The translations under genes and the position numbers were made by a program. 32,000 nucleotides of DNA from Methanopyrus kandleri AV19 (GTDB lineage Archaea > JAADCQ01 > Methanopyri > Methanopyrales > Methanopyraceae), in NCBI RefSeq assembly GCF_000007185.1, contig NC_003551.1, forward strand, positions 180,001 to 212,000, written 5' to 3'. The notes beneath the pieces were generated by a model that made no database searches, had not been told where the DNA came from, and saw only the letters and a program-made list of their open reading frames with translations. Below, in pieces: positions 20,905-29,783 of the stretch (position 1 is the first letter of the stretch; every line of letters starts with the position of its first letter).

Positions 20905-21120
20905 CTTCTTACCCAAACCCGCCACCCCCAACACCGTACGATCGTGCCATCTAAATACGCTTGCACCCGCGGGTTCGGGGACGACTTTCTGATTTTCGCG
21001 CCGCAAGAGGGGGTCAGACGGGTGTCGATAACCCCTCTCATCGCTCGGAAGCTCGACGGTGCGCTGATATTCGGGATCGCAGAGTTGGCGGGCAAATCCT
21101 GAAAGGTAGTCCGTGAAAAG

Positions 21121-21396
21121 GTGTACCGTGATACCGCCGCGTTTCTGGTCGAGGGGCTCGATGAATATCTCGAGGATATGGAGCCTTCCGACGTCGCCGA
21201 AGCCGTGCTCAAGGCTTACTTCGAGGACGTAGAGCGGGTCGAAGAAGACGACACGATAATCTTCGAGTGCAGAACTAGCTTTCCGATGCTCCGTTTTATA
21301 CATGATTACGCCGAGGAGCACCCCGAGTTCGAAAAGTACGTGAAGCCGGAGGGGGATATAGAGAAAAGGAGTGAAGTGCTGGAAGGGGAAAATTAG
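21121..21396 (+). CDS. Small acidic hypothetical protein (GTG start)
   Basis: 91 aa: MYRDTAAFLVEGLDEYLEDMEPSDVAEAVLKAYFEDVERVEEDDTIIFECRTSFPMLRFIHDYAEEHPEFEKYVKPEGD... Confidence 0.6.
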   Translation: MYRDTAAFLVEGLDEYLEDMEPSDVAEAVLKAYFEDVERVEEDDTIIFECRTSFPMLRFIHDYAEEHPEFEKYVKPEGDIEKRSEVLEGEN

Positions 21397-21401
21397 ACCG
21401 G

Positions 21402-21548
21402 ATGTTCCGATCGATCGGTGGACATCCTGCGGTAGTACTGTTCCAATATCTCATGAAGAACTTAGGCGAGCCGTATCGAATGATCATAGAGCGCGTGGAC
21501 CGAAGGGAACGTCCATTCAAGGTACGAGTAGTCGTAGAACCCGAGTGA
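21402..21548 (+). CDS. Possible 48-aa protein, not in the ORF track
   Basis: ATG 21402 to TGA 21546-21548: MFRSIGGHPAVVLFQYLMKNLGEPYRMIIERVDRRERPFKVRVVVEPE*; starts 5 nt after the previous stop, with purine-rich GGAAGGGGAAAA upstream. Confidence 0.45.
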   Translation: MFRSIGGHPAVVLFQYLMKNLGEPYRMIIERVDRRERPFKVRVVVEPE

Positions 21549-21558
21549 AATAACGTCT

Positions 21559-22800
21559 TCACACGGTAGGATCATCCCACTCAGACATCCTATCCGTTAC
21601 TTCCTCAGCTTCCTTGACTATCCGAGAGGCTCGCCGTAAATCCCCCTCTGCCAACGCTTCCAACGCTCTATACAAGTACGAAGTTTCAATAGCAGCCAGA
21701 GCGCGCCGTACCTCGTTACGCGCGTATTTTTCAGCAGCTCCTGCGAACCCTTTCAGGGATAATCGAGAACCTAATTTCATTCCGCGAAGGTACCATTCCG
21801 CACGGACTTTTCGGGCATGAGGTACGCCGGGAACTTCCTTCTCCGGCTTGATTACGAGTCCCTCAAGCTCCTCTTCTTCAACCCGGTTCATAAGTTCACG
21901 TGCCACTTGCTCTGCCTCTCCGAGATCACATAAGGTGCTGGGAACGGGCTTTATTCGATCACCATCGATCATATCAGCCAACAGCTCATATTGCCGTATT
22001 TTAGGTTTTTGAATAGTGATTTCACCGTCATACATATCCAGTTCGTATACGTAGTATACGGGTTCCGAGTCCTCAGGCTCGTACGCGGCGAGATCGTCCA
22101 GAACGCTTAGAATATCCCGAAGTATTTCAACGGCATCCTCCGGCACGTAGTCCTTGTCGTGGGCGATAGCCGTGAGTCGTTCGATCTCTTCGTGTAACCT
22201 CTGGAACTCATCGTCGTCGGCCAGTTTAACATCGGGCAGTCTGCGCTGGATGGTGTAGAGCGTTCTCACGTGGCGGCGGACCTTAGACAGCCTATCGAAA
22301 AGCTTTCCAAGCCAGGCTCGCGGAACCCGCTTGCGGCGGGGGTTCAAGGTGTATCTAGACATGAGCCGGACGTGGTAATCTATGTAGTCGAGCGTCTCGT
22401 TCCACAGTTCGAACACCGAGGTTCCGAAGAGGGACAACGGCAACAGCTCGCCCTCGACGATCGTGAGGGAGTGCTCCGACGGATCGAGCACTGATTGGAC
22501 GTACTCCTCGACCTCCTCCACTCGGACCCAGCTTCTGGTATGGGCTATTACGGGTTCGCCGAGTTCGCTTTCGAGCACGCGGCCGAGCACTACCCGCACG
22601 TTCGTACCGTCTTTTTTCTCCTCTATCCGAAGGGATTCGTTCGAACTCACGTGCTCCAGCTCCGTGATGTACAGTCTTACGGTATGTTCGACGGTTTCGG
22701 GCAGCGCGGCGGGCATCGTACGCGAGAACGTCAAGCGAGCCTTCGGTGGTAGCAGTGGCCGCTCGCCCGAAGGCGTCTCGATAGTTTCGGTATCGCTCAT
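21559..22800 (-). CDS. Divergent covalent-nucleotidyltransferase superfamily protein (ATP-dependent RNA/DNA ligase-like)
   Basis: Motif I-like EEKKDGTNVRVV (K62), VEGELL (III-like), YYVYELDMYDGE (IIIa-like), EGLVIKPE (IV), HARKVRAEWYLRGMKLG (V-like). Confidence 0.7.
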   Translation of the reverse strand: MSDTETIETPSGERPLLPPKARLTFSRTMPAALPETVEHTVRLYITELEHVSSNESLRIEEKKDGTNVRVVLGRVLESELGEPVIAHTRSWVRVEEVEEYVQSVLDPSEHSLTIVEGELLPLSLFGTSVFELWNETLDYIDYHVRLMSRYTLNPRRKRVPRAWLGKLFDRLSKVRRHVRTLYTIQRRLPDVKLADDDEFQRLHEEIERLTAIAHDKDYVPEDAVEILRDILSVLDDLAAYEPEDSEPVYYVYELDMYDGEITIQKPKIRQYELLADMIDGDRIKPVPSTLCDLGEAEQVARELMNRVEEEELEGLVIKPEKEVPGVPHARKVRAEWYLRGMKLGSRLSLKGFAGAAEKYARNEVRRALAAIETSYLYRALEALAEGDLRRASRIVKEAEEVTDRMSEWDDPTV

Positions 22801-23468
22801 TTCGTCCTCCCCGACAGCAAGTCGGACGGCGATAATTCTGTGAAGTCCGGGACGACGATCACCTCGTGGTCGACCCCGAGTTCCTCGGCCACTTCGGGTA
22901 ACTCCTCCTCGAGGACTTCGCCGACGCGGTCGTCCTCTTCGCGCACTAGGACGATGCGTTTGGCGCCGGACTTCCGGATGTATTCTTCGAGCTCCCTTCG
23001 GGCCCGCTCGACGGATTTCACGAGCCCCTCGGGTAGTTTTTCAGGCAAGTTAGGGTTCACCTTCCGATAGTCCTCCGGCACTAGCGGCCCTCCGGTCTGC
23101 ACGATCGGAGCGTCTACGAGCTCCCTCAGGGCTTTACGCTCTCGCCCCCTTACCACCACCAGCACGGAGTCCTTGAACAAGTCGTCTAGGTCGCGCTCCG
23201 TCTCCTCCTCGACGCCGACGAGCTCTAGAACTGATCGTAAAATATCGTCCAACGCTCTGGCTACCTCCTGAGCCCGCTCGCCGCGTAGCACGTGTTCCGG
23301 AGCGGACTCGACCAGTGCGTGGTCCAGCTCCGCGGCTCGGTGAACGATCCTCCGGACGACCTCTTCGTCCAGCCGAAGCTCGTCGACGTCCGTGACAACC
23401 CTTATACGTCCTGACCGCTGGGAGACAGCGTGACTGAGGAGTTCTTCGAGCCTCTCAACGCGTGTCAA
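22797..23468 (-). CDS. Hypothetical protein, translationally coupled (4-nt overlap) upstream of the ligase-like gene
   Basis: 223 aa, charged alpha/beta-type sequence with SVLVVVRGRERKALRELVDAPIVQTGGPLVPEDYRKVNP and a C-terminal SGAKRIVLVREEDD segment. Confidence 0.7.
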   Translation of the reverse strand: MTRVERLEELLSHAVSQRSGRIRVVTDVDELRLDEEVVRRIVHRAAELDHALVESAPEHVLRGERAQEVARALDDILRSVLELVGVEEETERDLDDLFKDSVLVVVRGRERKALRELVDAPIVQTGGPLVPEDYRKVNPNLPEKLPEGLVKSVERARRELEEYIRKSGAKRIVLVREEDDRVGEVLEEELPEVAEELGVDHEVIVVPDFTELSPSDLLSGRTK

Positions 23469-23538
23469 CGTGGACCCCCCGATGACGAGTGAGCTGTTAG
23501 CCGAACGCTATTATGGGGAGAGGATGGCTGGCCGAGGG

Positions 23539-24438
23539 TCACCACCACCCCTCCTTCAGGATGCGCACCGGTCTCGCCCCTGTGAGTGAGAAGCCGCTGT
23601 GCTCCACCTCTACGAGCACCGGAGTGCCCTCGGAGCCACTCCCCTCGACTATATACTCTCCAGGAAGCGTGTTCGCGGCGATGTCGTGACCGACCACTAC
23701 CTCAACGCTGCCTCCTTCCTGGACCTCCCTGAGCACGACCCCGAAGGTCCAGGTCCGATGGAACTTCCTCCTCACCCAAACCGTAGCCGCCGCTACTCCT
23801 AGGGCCGGTAACCCGAACACTATAAACCCGGGTAAGACTCCCTCAAGCGGCAGGACGAGCGCTACCACCGGAGGTACGTTCGTCAGTATTGCGGACAGTA
23901 CGACGGACCCCAAGATAATGAGTGTGGAATGCCAGTACGGTAGCCAGTGGATGTCCTCTGAAGGTGAGACGCGGCGGAGCCATCCGAGACTGAAGGCCGT
24001 AACGAACGCCGAGATCACGGCCAAAGCTTCCCATAACATTACGGGCGGTGCTACGATTTCCTCCAAGATTACGAACACTACGGTCGCGAGGAGGGAAAAC
24101 TGCAGCACTAAGACGGGCACGTCCCACGGCATTCTAGGAGCCGCCGCGATCCGCTTACCGCGTATCTCTATATCTTTGAAGGGTACTTGGGGCAGCTCCG
24201 GTAGCAGTACCTGACCCTCTCTCACCATTTCCATAACCGTCTGGAACTTGGACGCGGACTCCTCGGCCGTCCTGATGAGCTGCGAGGTGAATTTAGCGGA
24301 GCGTTTCGGGCCCTCTTTAAGCAGCTTCACTACTATCCAAGGCAAGTTCACGGTCACGTAACCGACGGCGGCGGTGAACTTCCACACGAACCGTCCGATC
24401 CGCTCGAGCACCAAGTCATTCCTCCCCGCTGAGCTCAT
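23539..24438 (-). CDS. Multi-pass membrane protein of unknown function
   Basis: 299 aa; hydrophobic segments VPVLVLQFSLLATVVFVIL, LWEALAVISAFVTAFSLGW, STLIILGSVVLSAILT, FIVFGLPALGVAAATVWV. Confidence 0.7.
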   Translation of the reverse strand: MSSAGRNDLVLERIGRFVWKFTAAVGYVTVNLPWIVVKLLKEGPKRSAKFTSQLIRTAEESASKFQTVMEMVREGQVLLPELPQVPFKDIEIRGKRIAAAPRMPWDVPVLVLQFSLLATVVFVILEEIVAPPVMLWEALAVISAFVTAFSLGWLRRVSPSEDIHWLPYWHSTLIILGSVVLSAILTNVPPVVALVLPLEGVLPGFIVFGLPALGVAAATVWVRRKFHRTWTFGVVLREVQEGGSVEVVVGHDIAANTLPGEYIVEGSGSEGTPVLVEVEHSGFSLTGARPVRILKEGWW

Positions 24439-25330
24439 CGCGGTAGGCTTCGAGCAGGCGCTCCTCCTTCCCTAGTACTTCGGCGGCAGAGGCCACGTTG
24501 TCCGATTCCTCGTAAACCTCGGACAACCGATCACGGTAGTTCTTATCGCGGAGCAGGTGATGATCGAGGATTATCTGGCCGGATCTCGAGGCCAACTTTC
24601 GCAGGTTCTTCACGGCCTTCTCCAGATTGTCCGAGGAGAATCGGAAACCGAGTAAGTACGTCGGTGGGCCACTGATCAGCACCAAATCCGGGTCGCGTTC
24701 TAGGATCCACTCCAACGCCGGTCCGTACACGGGACCCTGAACATCTGAGGCGTGAACGATCACGTGGTCACGGTGCGTTATCCTCAGTCCGAGAACGTAC
24801 CCTAATCTCGTCCCTTCAGGCCCGTGCGGGAGTGGCTGCGAGAACTCGAGAACGGTCTCGCCGAACTCGAACCTCTTACCGTCGGCAAACTCGTAATCGA
24901 CGCCTAGCTCATCCAACCCCTCAATCAGTGCCCGAGCCCTACCCGCCTGGCTCCGGTTAATGTTCTCGGTGGGATGCTTCATCAGAATCAGCTTATCTCG
25001 GTAAAGTTCCTTCGCCGTTTCAAGGTCGCAAGCTTCGTACTTCCGGTCGGTGAACGGGGTGTGGTGGTCGTAGTGGTAGTGCGATATCGTGACCACGTCC
25101 GCGCTGTCTGCGGCACGCTGGATACTCTCGCGCACCTCCTCAAGGGCTTCCCACTCCTCCTCCGACGGCGGTAAATTGTAGCGTTTCGGAGGGATTGACA
25201 CACCAGGATCCACCAGTACAGTCACGTCCGGCGTTTCGATCAGTGTGGCCATCGACCTCACACCGAGGCTTTCGAACCCGAGCGGAACTACCCTCACGTT
25301 CCCGACTTTCAGTCCGGACGACACGGTCAA
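24416..25330 (-). CDS. Metallo-beta-lactamase-fold hydrolase, UPF0282-like
   Basis: VTVLVDPGVSIPPKRYNLPPSEEEW...VVTISHYHYDHHTPF...VIVHASDVQGP...IILDHHLLRDKNY. Confidence 0.87.
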   Translation of the reverse strand: MTVSSGLKVGNVRVVPLGFESLGVRSMATLIETPDVTVLVDPGVSIPPKRYNLPPSEEEWEALEEVRESIQRAADSADVVTISHYHYDHHTPFTDRKYEACDLETAKELYRDKLILMKHPTENINRSQAGRARALIEGLDELGVDYEFADGKRFEFGETVLEFSQPLPHGPEGTRLGYVLGLRITHRDHVIVHASDVQGPVYGPALEWILERDPDLVLISGPPTYLLGFRFSSDNLEKAVKNLRKLASRSGQIILDHHLLRDKNYRDRLSEVYEESDNVASAAEVLGKEERLLEAYRDELSGEE

Positions 25331-25419
25331 GTACCCCAGGGGTCGTCATCCCGGTTCGTCGGCCTACCTCGATCTCTTCATCCCGGCCTCGGAGTGGTCG
25401 CAGGATCGTCATAGTGAGG

Positions 25420-25839
25420 TCAGCGGTTGTTCGCTTCTTCATCGGCCGTGTATCTCACTTCTACGACCGGTGTTATGTTTCTGCCGGACTTGTCGTAGAA
25501 CTCCACACGGTCCGGAGTATACGGGTACGCTGCGATCGCGTGGACGGCCCCCAACCTCTTGAACAGCATCAAGTCATCCTCCGAGGGTACCGGATCGCCG
25601 TATGGATGGGAGTGAAACGTTCCGATTACGTCGCAGGTGTGAACGGAGAGGAGATCGAAAATCGCACCGGAGTCGGAGGCTTCGAAAGGGACTACGATCA
25701 GCGAGTCGATCGTGATGGTTTCCGCGTCTATCGAGCCCCCTAACATCGCGAAGAATTCATCAGGGTGATTTTTATCGCTTGCCTCGAGGAGGGAGTCCAG
25801 GAGTCTCGCGTCGAATTCTACCCTTTTCACGCCGGACAA
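25420..25839 (-). CDS. JAMM/MPN+ (JAB1-like) metalloprotease, possible deubiquitinase/desampylase-type
   Basis: GTFHSHPYGDPVPSEDDL = HxHPx(n)PSxxD JAMM signature; TTG (25839) or GTG (25830) start. Confidence 0.85.
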   Translation of the reverse strand: MSGVKRVEFDARLLDSLLEASDKNHPDEFFAMLGGSIDAETITIDSLIVVPFEASDSGAIFDLLSVHTCDVIGTFHSHPYGDPVPSEDDLMLFKRLGAVHAIAAYPYTPDRVEFYDKSGRNITPVVEVRYTADEEANNR

Positions 25840-26668
25840 GCCGCCTTCCCTCCGCGGATCTTCTTAGCGGCGAGGTTAGCGGGCCGATGATATGGCTAAT
25901 ACCGTACCAGCCTATTACTGCAATCCCCGCGAAGGCTAATGTGCTGGCGATTACGGTCGTACGTGGTGATGGGAGCATCCGTGCGATCCTCCGCTGGGCT
26001 GCTTTGGTTGGATCGTAAATCACTCTGAGGTCGGCGATCTCGCGGATTTCTCCCTTCAAATCCGCGTACTCCGAAGGCGGGACCTCGACGTCGATCGTGG
26101 CTGTGACGCCAACCACTACGAATCCACTGGTGTACGTTATCCACCCCGAAAGCTCGTCGGCCAGCTGAGAGACTTTCGAAGGTGGGACGGACTTGAGATC
26201 CATACGGACGACCATCTTGGTGGGCGATGAGAACCTAACGTCTTTGACGCCGGGGAAGACTTTGGGCACTTTAGACTCGAACCACCTCCGACGGTCCGAG
26301 GGCACGGGTTCACTCATGGCAACTTCCAGCTCTAGGTATCGTCCGACGGGTTTCCCGCGGTACTTCTTAACCGCCTCCAAAGCTTTGGGTAAATCCGAGG
26401 GTGCCGTGCTCAGCTCGACCGTTAGGTACCCGTTCTTCTCCAGTCCAGCCACGACCTTGGGGATGTCCGAGAGCATGGGAGCGAGTAGGAAAAGTCCTAC
26501 ACCGGCTCCGATGATCGCCGCTCCGAGGGTGGTTGCTATCGGCGCCTTGATCCATCGCCCAACGACACCGATAGAGTAAGTTAAGAGTGCGAGTAACACT
26601 GTCGTGAGGGTCGCGACGGTCACGAATGCCGCACCCACGTGCCATCCCCCGGCGAGGTCCATGCGCAA
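25772..26668 (-). CDS. Hypothetical membrane-associated protein (N-terminal TM pair and one C-terminal TM)
   Basis: AAFVTVATLTTVLLALLTYSIGVVG, APIATTLGAAIIGAGVGLFLLAP, TTVIASTLAFAGIAVIGWYG. Confidence 0.65.
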   Translation of the reverse strand: MRMDLAGGWHVGAAFVTVATLTTVLLALLTYSIGVVGRWIKAPIATTLGAAIIGAGVGLFLLAPMLSDIPKVVAGLEKNGYLTVELSTAPSDLPKALEAVKKYRGKPVGRYLELEVAMSEPVPSDRRRWFESKVPKVFPGVKDVRFSSPTKMVVRMDLKSVPPSKVSQLADELSGWITYTSGFVVVGVTATIDVEVPPSEYADLKGEIREIADLRVIYDPTKAAQRRIARMLPSPRTTVIASTLAFAGIAVIGWYGISHIIGPLTSPLRRSAEGRRLVRREKGRIRRETPGLPPRGKR

Positions 26669-26730
26669 ACGTATTTAAATCCCGACTCACCCGCCGCGCC
26701 GGAGAACCCATCTTTGGGGGCCGACGTCAC

Positions 26731-27078
26731 TTGATCGAGAAGGTGTTGGCGGATTTGAACCGGGTTGAGGGAGTGCATGGATCGTTAGTTGTCTCGAGCG
26801 ACGGATTGATCATCGCAGAGGCCGTGCCTCCGGATATCGACTCCGAGATCGTGGGTGCGATTGCGACGACCGTATACGGTTCTGGCGAGCGAGTCGTCGA
26901 CGAGATGAATCTAGGAGACCTCGAGCAAATGCTCATAGAGGCCACGCACGGGAAGGTGATGATCGTAGACGTGGGGGAGGACGCGACACTAGTCCTCGTC
27001 GTCGAGCCCGACGCCAACTTAGGACTTATCCGCCTCCGCGCTCGGGAGGCCGCTGAGGAGATCGCTAAGCAGCTTTAA
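26731..27078 (+). CDS. Roadblock/LC7 domain protein
   Basis: LIEKVLADLNRVEGVHGSLVVSSDGLIIAEAVPPDIDSEIVGAIATTVYGSGERVVDEMNLGDLEQMLIEATHGKVMIVDVG; TTG start 26731 preferred to 26626. Confidence 0.83.
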   Translation: MIEKVLADLNRVEGVHGSLVVSSDGLIIAEAVPPDIDSEIVGAIATTVYGSGERVVDEMNLGDLEQMLIEATHGKVMIVDVGEDATLVLVVEPDANLGLIRLRAREAAEEIAKQL

Positions 27079-27113
27079 TGGTTTCCCCGAACCACCGCTA
27101 GGGAGCCTCGACC

Positions 27114-27995
27114 GTGATTAGAGCCGTCCTCAGAATTTTTAAAGGTATTTTAAGTGGGCGAGATGGTGAGGGAAGGGAGCGGGGATTTAAAGAGGCTAGG
27201 GAGGGCGCCGGAAGTTCGGAGGAGGATGGAGCCACGGAAGTCAGGGATGAAGTGATCCGACGAGCACTCGACGTCATCGGAGAGCAGCTCGATGTGGAGA
27301 AGCTCGTCGAGGAAGCCCGCAAAGATCTGACGTCGGCCCTGAACCGGGTTACCGAGTATTTCGGTCTGGAGAAACTAGTCGTGTTAGACGATTCTGGGAA
27401 GCCGATTGGGATAGTAGGAGACGGCCGGATGGAGGGCGGGTTGATAAACGCAGTTTACACGATACGTGAATCACTGGGCGACGTTGATACTATTTTAGTA
27501 ACTTCGGAAGACTCGACTAACTACCTGGCGCTGTGTCTAGACGAGTACGTAGTAGTGTGTGAATCTAAAATGACCTTGTCCGACGCGGATATCTTCATGC
27601 TTAAAAATGACCTTGGAAAAGTTATAGATGCCGCAGTCTCGGGCCAGCGAGTGAAGTCTGAGATACCGTTCGTGGTAATCGACGAGCATGGTTTGGTGAT
27701 CCTATCGAATGTAGATCGATGTGAAGAAGTTGGAGCATTGATCTCGCAGCTGTACAGGTTCGTCAAGGATCATGTGGAGGGCTCGATCGAATGGATCAAG
27801 ATGACCACCGGTGAAAACAAGACCCTAGCTGTAAAACCCCATAACGATTTCCTCATAGCTTTCGTCGTGGAGTCAGATGTCGAGGACGCGGACGACGCGT
27901 GCGAGGAAACCGTTAAAACTCTTATCGAAAAGGTCGAGCGCGCCGTAGCCGGATCTCCGAGCCCTCCAGCCGAAAAAGGCGAGGGGTTAACCTGA
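27114..27995 (+). CDS. Unknown protein between Roadblock and MinD genes; possibly tandem roadblock/longin-like
   Basis: 293 aa with two segments resembling profilin-like cores ([20 protein letters not shown]..., [18 protein letters not shown]...LIAFVVES); 1 nt before the next start. Confidence 0.65.
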   Translation: MIRAVLRIFKGILSGRDGEGRERGFKEAREGAGSSEEDGATEVRDEVIRRALDVIGEQLDVEKLVEEARKDLTSALNRVTEYFGLEKLVVLDDSGKPIGIVGDGRMEGGLINAVYTIRESLGDVDTILVTSEDSTNYLALCLDEYVVVCESKMTLSDADIFMLKNDLGKVIDAAVSGQRVKSEIPFVVIDEHGLVILSNVDRCEEVGALISQLYRFVKDHVEGSIEWIKMTTGENKTLAVKPHNDFLIAFVVESDVEDADDACEETVKTLIEKVERAVAGSPSPPAEKGEGLT

Positions 27996-27996
27996 C

Positions 27997-28806
27997 TTGG
28001 CTGAGGCGGAACTTCCCGAGTCAGAGGCGTGTCGTGTGGTATGTATGGCCTCGGGTAAGGGAGGTACGGGCAAAACCACCGTAACCGCCAACTTGGGTAC
28101 TGCGTTAGCCGAGCTCGGTGCTGAAACTTACATCCTGGATGCGGATATCGCCATGGCTAACTTGGGACTGATCCTCCGCATGGAAGATGCCCCAGTAACA
28201 CTGCACGATGTACTGGCGGGAGAGGCCGACATCGAGGAGGCCATCTACGAGGGACCTCACGGTGTTAAGGTGATCCCCGCGGGCATATCACTGGAGGGCA
28301 TTCGAAAGGCCAACCCCGACAGGCTGAGGGACGTAGTCGAGCACATAATAGACAGAGCGGACTTCCTGCTGATCGATGCGCCGGCAGGGTTAGGTAGGGA
28401 CGCCATCACGGCCCTCTCCGCGTCGACGGAGAGCCTCTTAGTGGTCAACCCCGAGATAGCGTCGATCACCGACGCTCTTAAGGTTAAAGCGGTAGCCGAG
28501 CGGGTAGACACCCAGATCACGGGAGCCGTCGTCAACCGTGTCACGAAGGATAAGACCGAGCTGACGAAGGAAGAGGTCGAAAAAATCCTGGAAACTCCCG
28601 TAATGGTCGAAGTACCCGAGGATCCGGAGGTCCGAAGGGCCGCCGCCTTCGGAGAGCCGGTGGTGGTCCGCAGCCCCAAGTCCGCGGCCGCGCAGGCTTT
28701 CAAGAAGCTGGCCGCGGAGCTAGTGGGTATCGAGTACGAGGTGCCCGTTCCAGACAAGGAGGGAGTGTTGTCTAAGGTCATTAAGGGCCTGTTCGGACGG
28801 CGTTAG
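27997..28806 (+). CDS. minD: MinD/ParA-like ATPase
   Basis: Deviant Walker [46 protein letters not shown]. Confidence 0.9.
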   Translation: MAEAELPESEACRVVCMASGKGGTGKTTVTANLGTALAELGAETYILDADIAMANLGLILRMEDAPVTLHDVLAGEADIEEAIYEGPHGVKVIPAGISLEGIRKANPDRLRDVVEHIIDRADFLLIDAPAGLGRDAITALSASTESLLVVNPEIASITDALKVKAVAERVDTQITGAVVNRVTKDKTELTKEEVEKILETPVMVEVPEDPEVRRAAAFGEPVVVRSPKSAAAQAFKKLAAELVGIEYEVPVPDKEGVLSKVIKGLFGRR

Positions 28807-29303
28807 AAGCGGGCTTCCCATAACCTGTCCCCGACGTGATGGACGTTGCGGACGGCTCGACCCCTCTCAGACTCTTCGATTTCCCTCGCACTCATTAGGG
28901 CTATCCCCACGGCGAGAGGCCGCCGGTTGCGCTCGTCGATGACGACTACACCGTCACCCTCCTCGAACTCACCCCGCACTTCCACGATACCCGGCACCAT
29001 GATATCGGCCCCGGAAGCCACCGGCTTGACGGCACCCATATCCACTATCACCACATGGCCGTAATTCCCCTCATCGAGTTGGAGGAGGGCATGAATCGTG
29101 GGAAACCAACCCTCATGTCGTTCGAAGGCCATTACCTTGCCGTCCTTGATCAGCAAGCGCTCGATATCATCGTCCTTGACGTACGCGACCTCCACAAGAC
29201 CAGTGAGTACTTCGCCGAGACTAACCCCAGACGATACACGTAACTCCTCCAAAACTTCCTGAAGGTCCTTCTCCGAGATCGGATGTCGACGGGAAACCTT
29301 CAT
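28803..29303 (-). CDS. PUA-domain RNA-binding protein
   Basis: Archaeal PUA-type: [70 protein letters not shown]; ATG 29303. Confidence 0.85.
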   Translation of the reverse strand: MKVSRRHPISEKDLQEVLEELRVSSGVSLGEVLTGLVEVAYVKDDDIERLLIKDGKVMAFERHEGWFPTIHALLQLDEGNYGHVVIVDMGAVKPVASGADIMVPGIVEVRGEFEEGDGVVVIDERNRRPLAVGIALMSAREIEESERGRAVRNVHHVGDRLWEARF

Positions 29304-29339
29304 TCGCCAGCTCCCCCAGCCGCACGGGGGTCGGACGGT

Positions 29340-29561
29340 TTGAGACCGCACGACTGTCTTCGGGACTTCTTGGACGATATCGTGATAGTGGAGCTGAAGA
29401 CGGGCAAGACGTTGCGAGGTAGGTTAGTGTCCTTCGACGGACACCTAAACCTGGTACTGGACGACTGCGTGGAGATAGATGAAGATTCCGAAGTCAGGCT
29501 CGGACGTGTGTTGATCCGAGGAGACAGCGTCACCTTGATATCACCTGCCGAAGTCGGATGA
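29340..29561 (+). CDS. LSM/Sm-like archaeal protein
   Basis: LKTGKTLRGRLVSFDGHLNLVLDDCVEI...LGRVLIRGDSVTLI; TTG 29340 likely start (track start 29283). Confidence 0.92.
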   Translation: MRPHDCLRDFLDDIVIVELKTGKTLRGRLVSFDGHLNLVLDDCVEIDEDSEVRLGRVLIRGDSVTLISPAEVG

Positions 29562-29581
29562 GCTGCCAGGGGGAGTGAGGC

Positions 29582-29770
29582 TTGGCGAAGGGAACCCCCT
29601 CCTTTGGTAAGCGTAACAAGACGAAGACACACGTCAGGTGCAGGAGATGCGGCCGTCGCGCATACCACGTGCGGAAAGGATATTGTGCAGCCTGTGGGTT
29701 CGGTCGCTCACGGCGCATCCGTCGGTACAGCTGGCAGAACAAGAAGGTGAACCGCAAGCGACGCCGCTAA
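29582..29770 (+). CDS. rpl37e: 50S ribosomal protein L37e
   Basis: [56 protein letters not shown]. Confidence 0.97.
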   Translation: MAKGTPSFGKRNKTKTHVRCRRCGRRAYHVRKGYCAACGFGRSRRIRRYSWQNKKVNRKRRR

Positions 29771-29783
29771 GGGAGCCCCGGTA

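Noticed and set aside
20932-21090. Reverse-strand C/D-like element (GCGATGA ... CTGA) in the Sec61-beta upstream region
   Set aside because: The C box deviates from RUGAUGA and no complete box set is present.
20905-21321. N-terminal part of the 192-aa minus-strand ORF ahead of the Sec61-beta-like sequence
   Set aside because: Overlaps the plus-strand 91-aa gene in antisense and shows no family signal; Sec61-beta proteins are only ~50-60 aa.
25195-25743. 182-aa plus-strand ORF opposite the UPF0282 and JAMM genes
   Set aside because: Low-complexity R/S-rich N-terminus and antisense to two motif-supported proteins.
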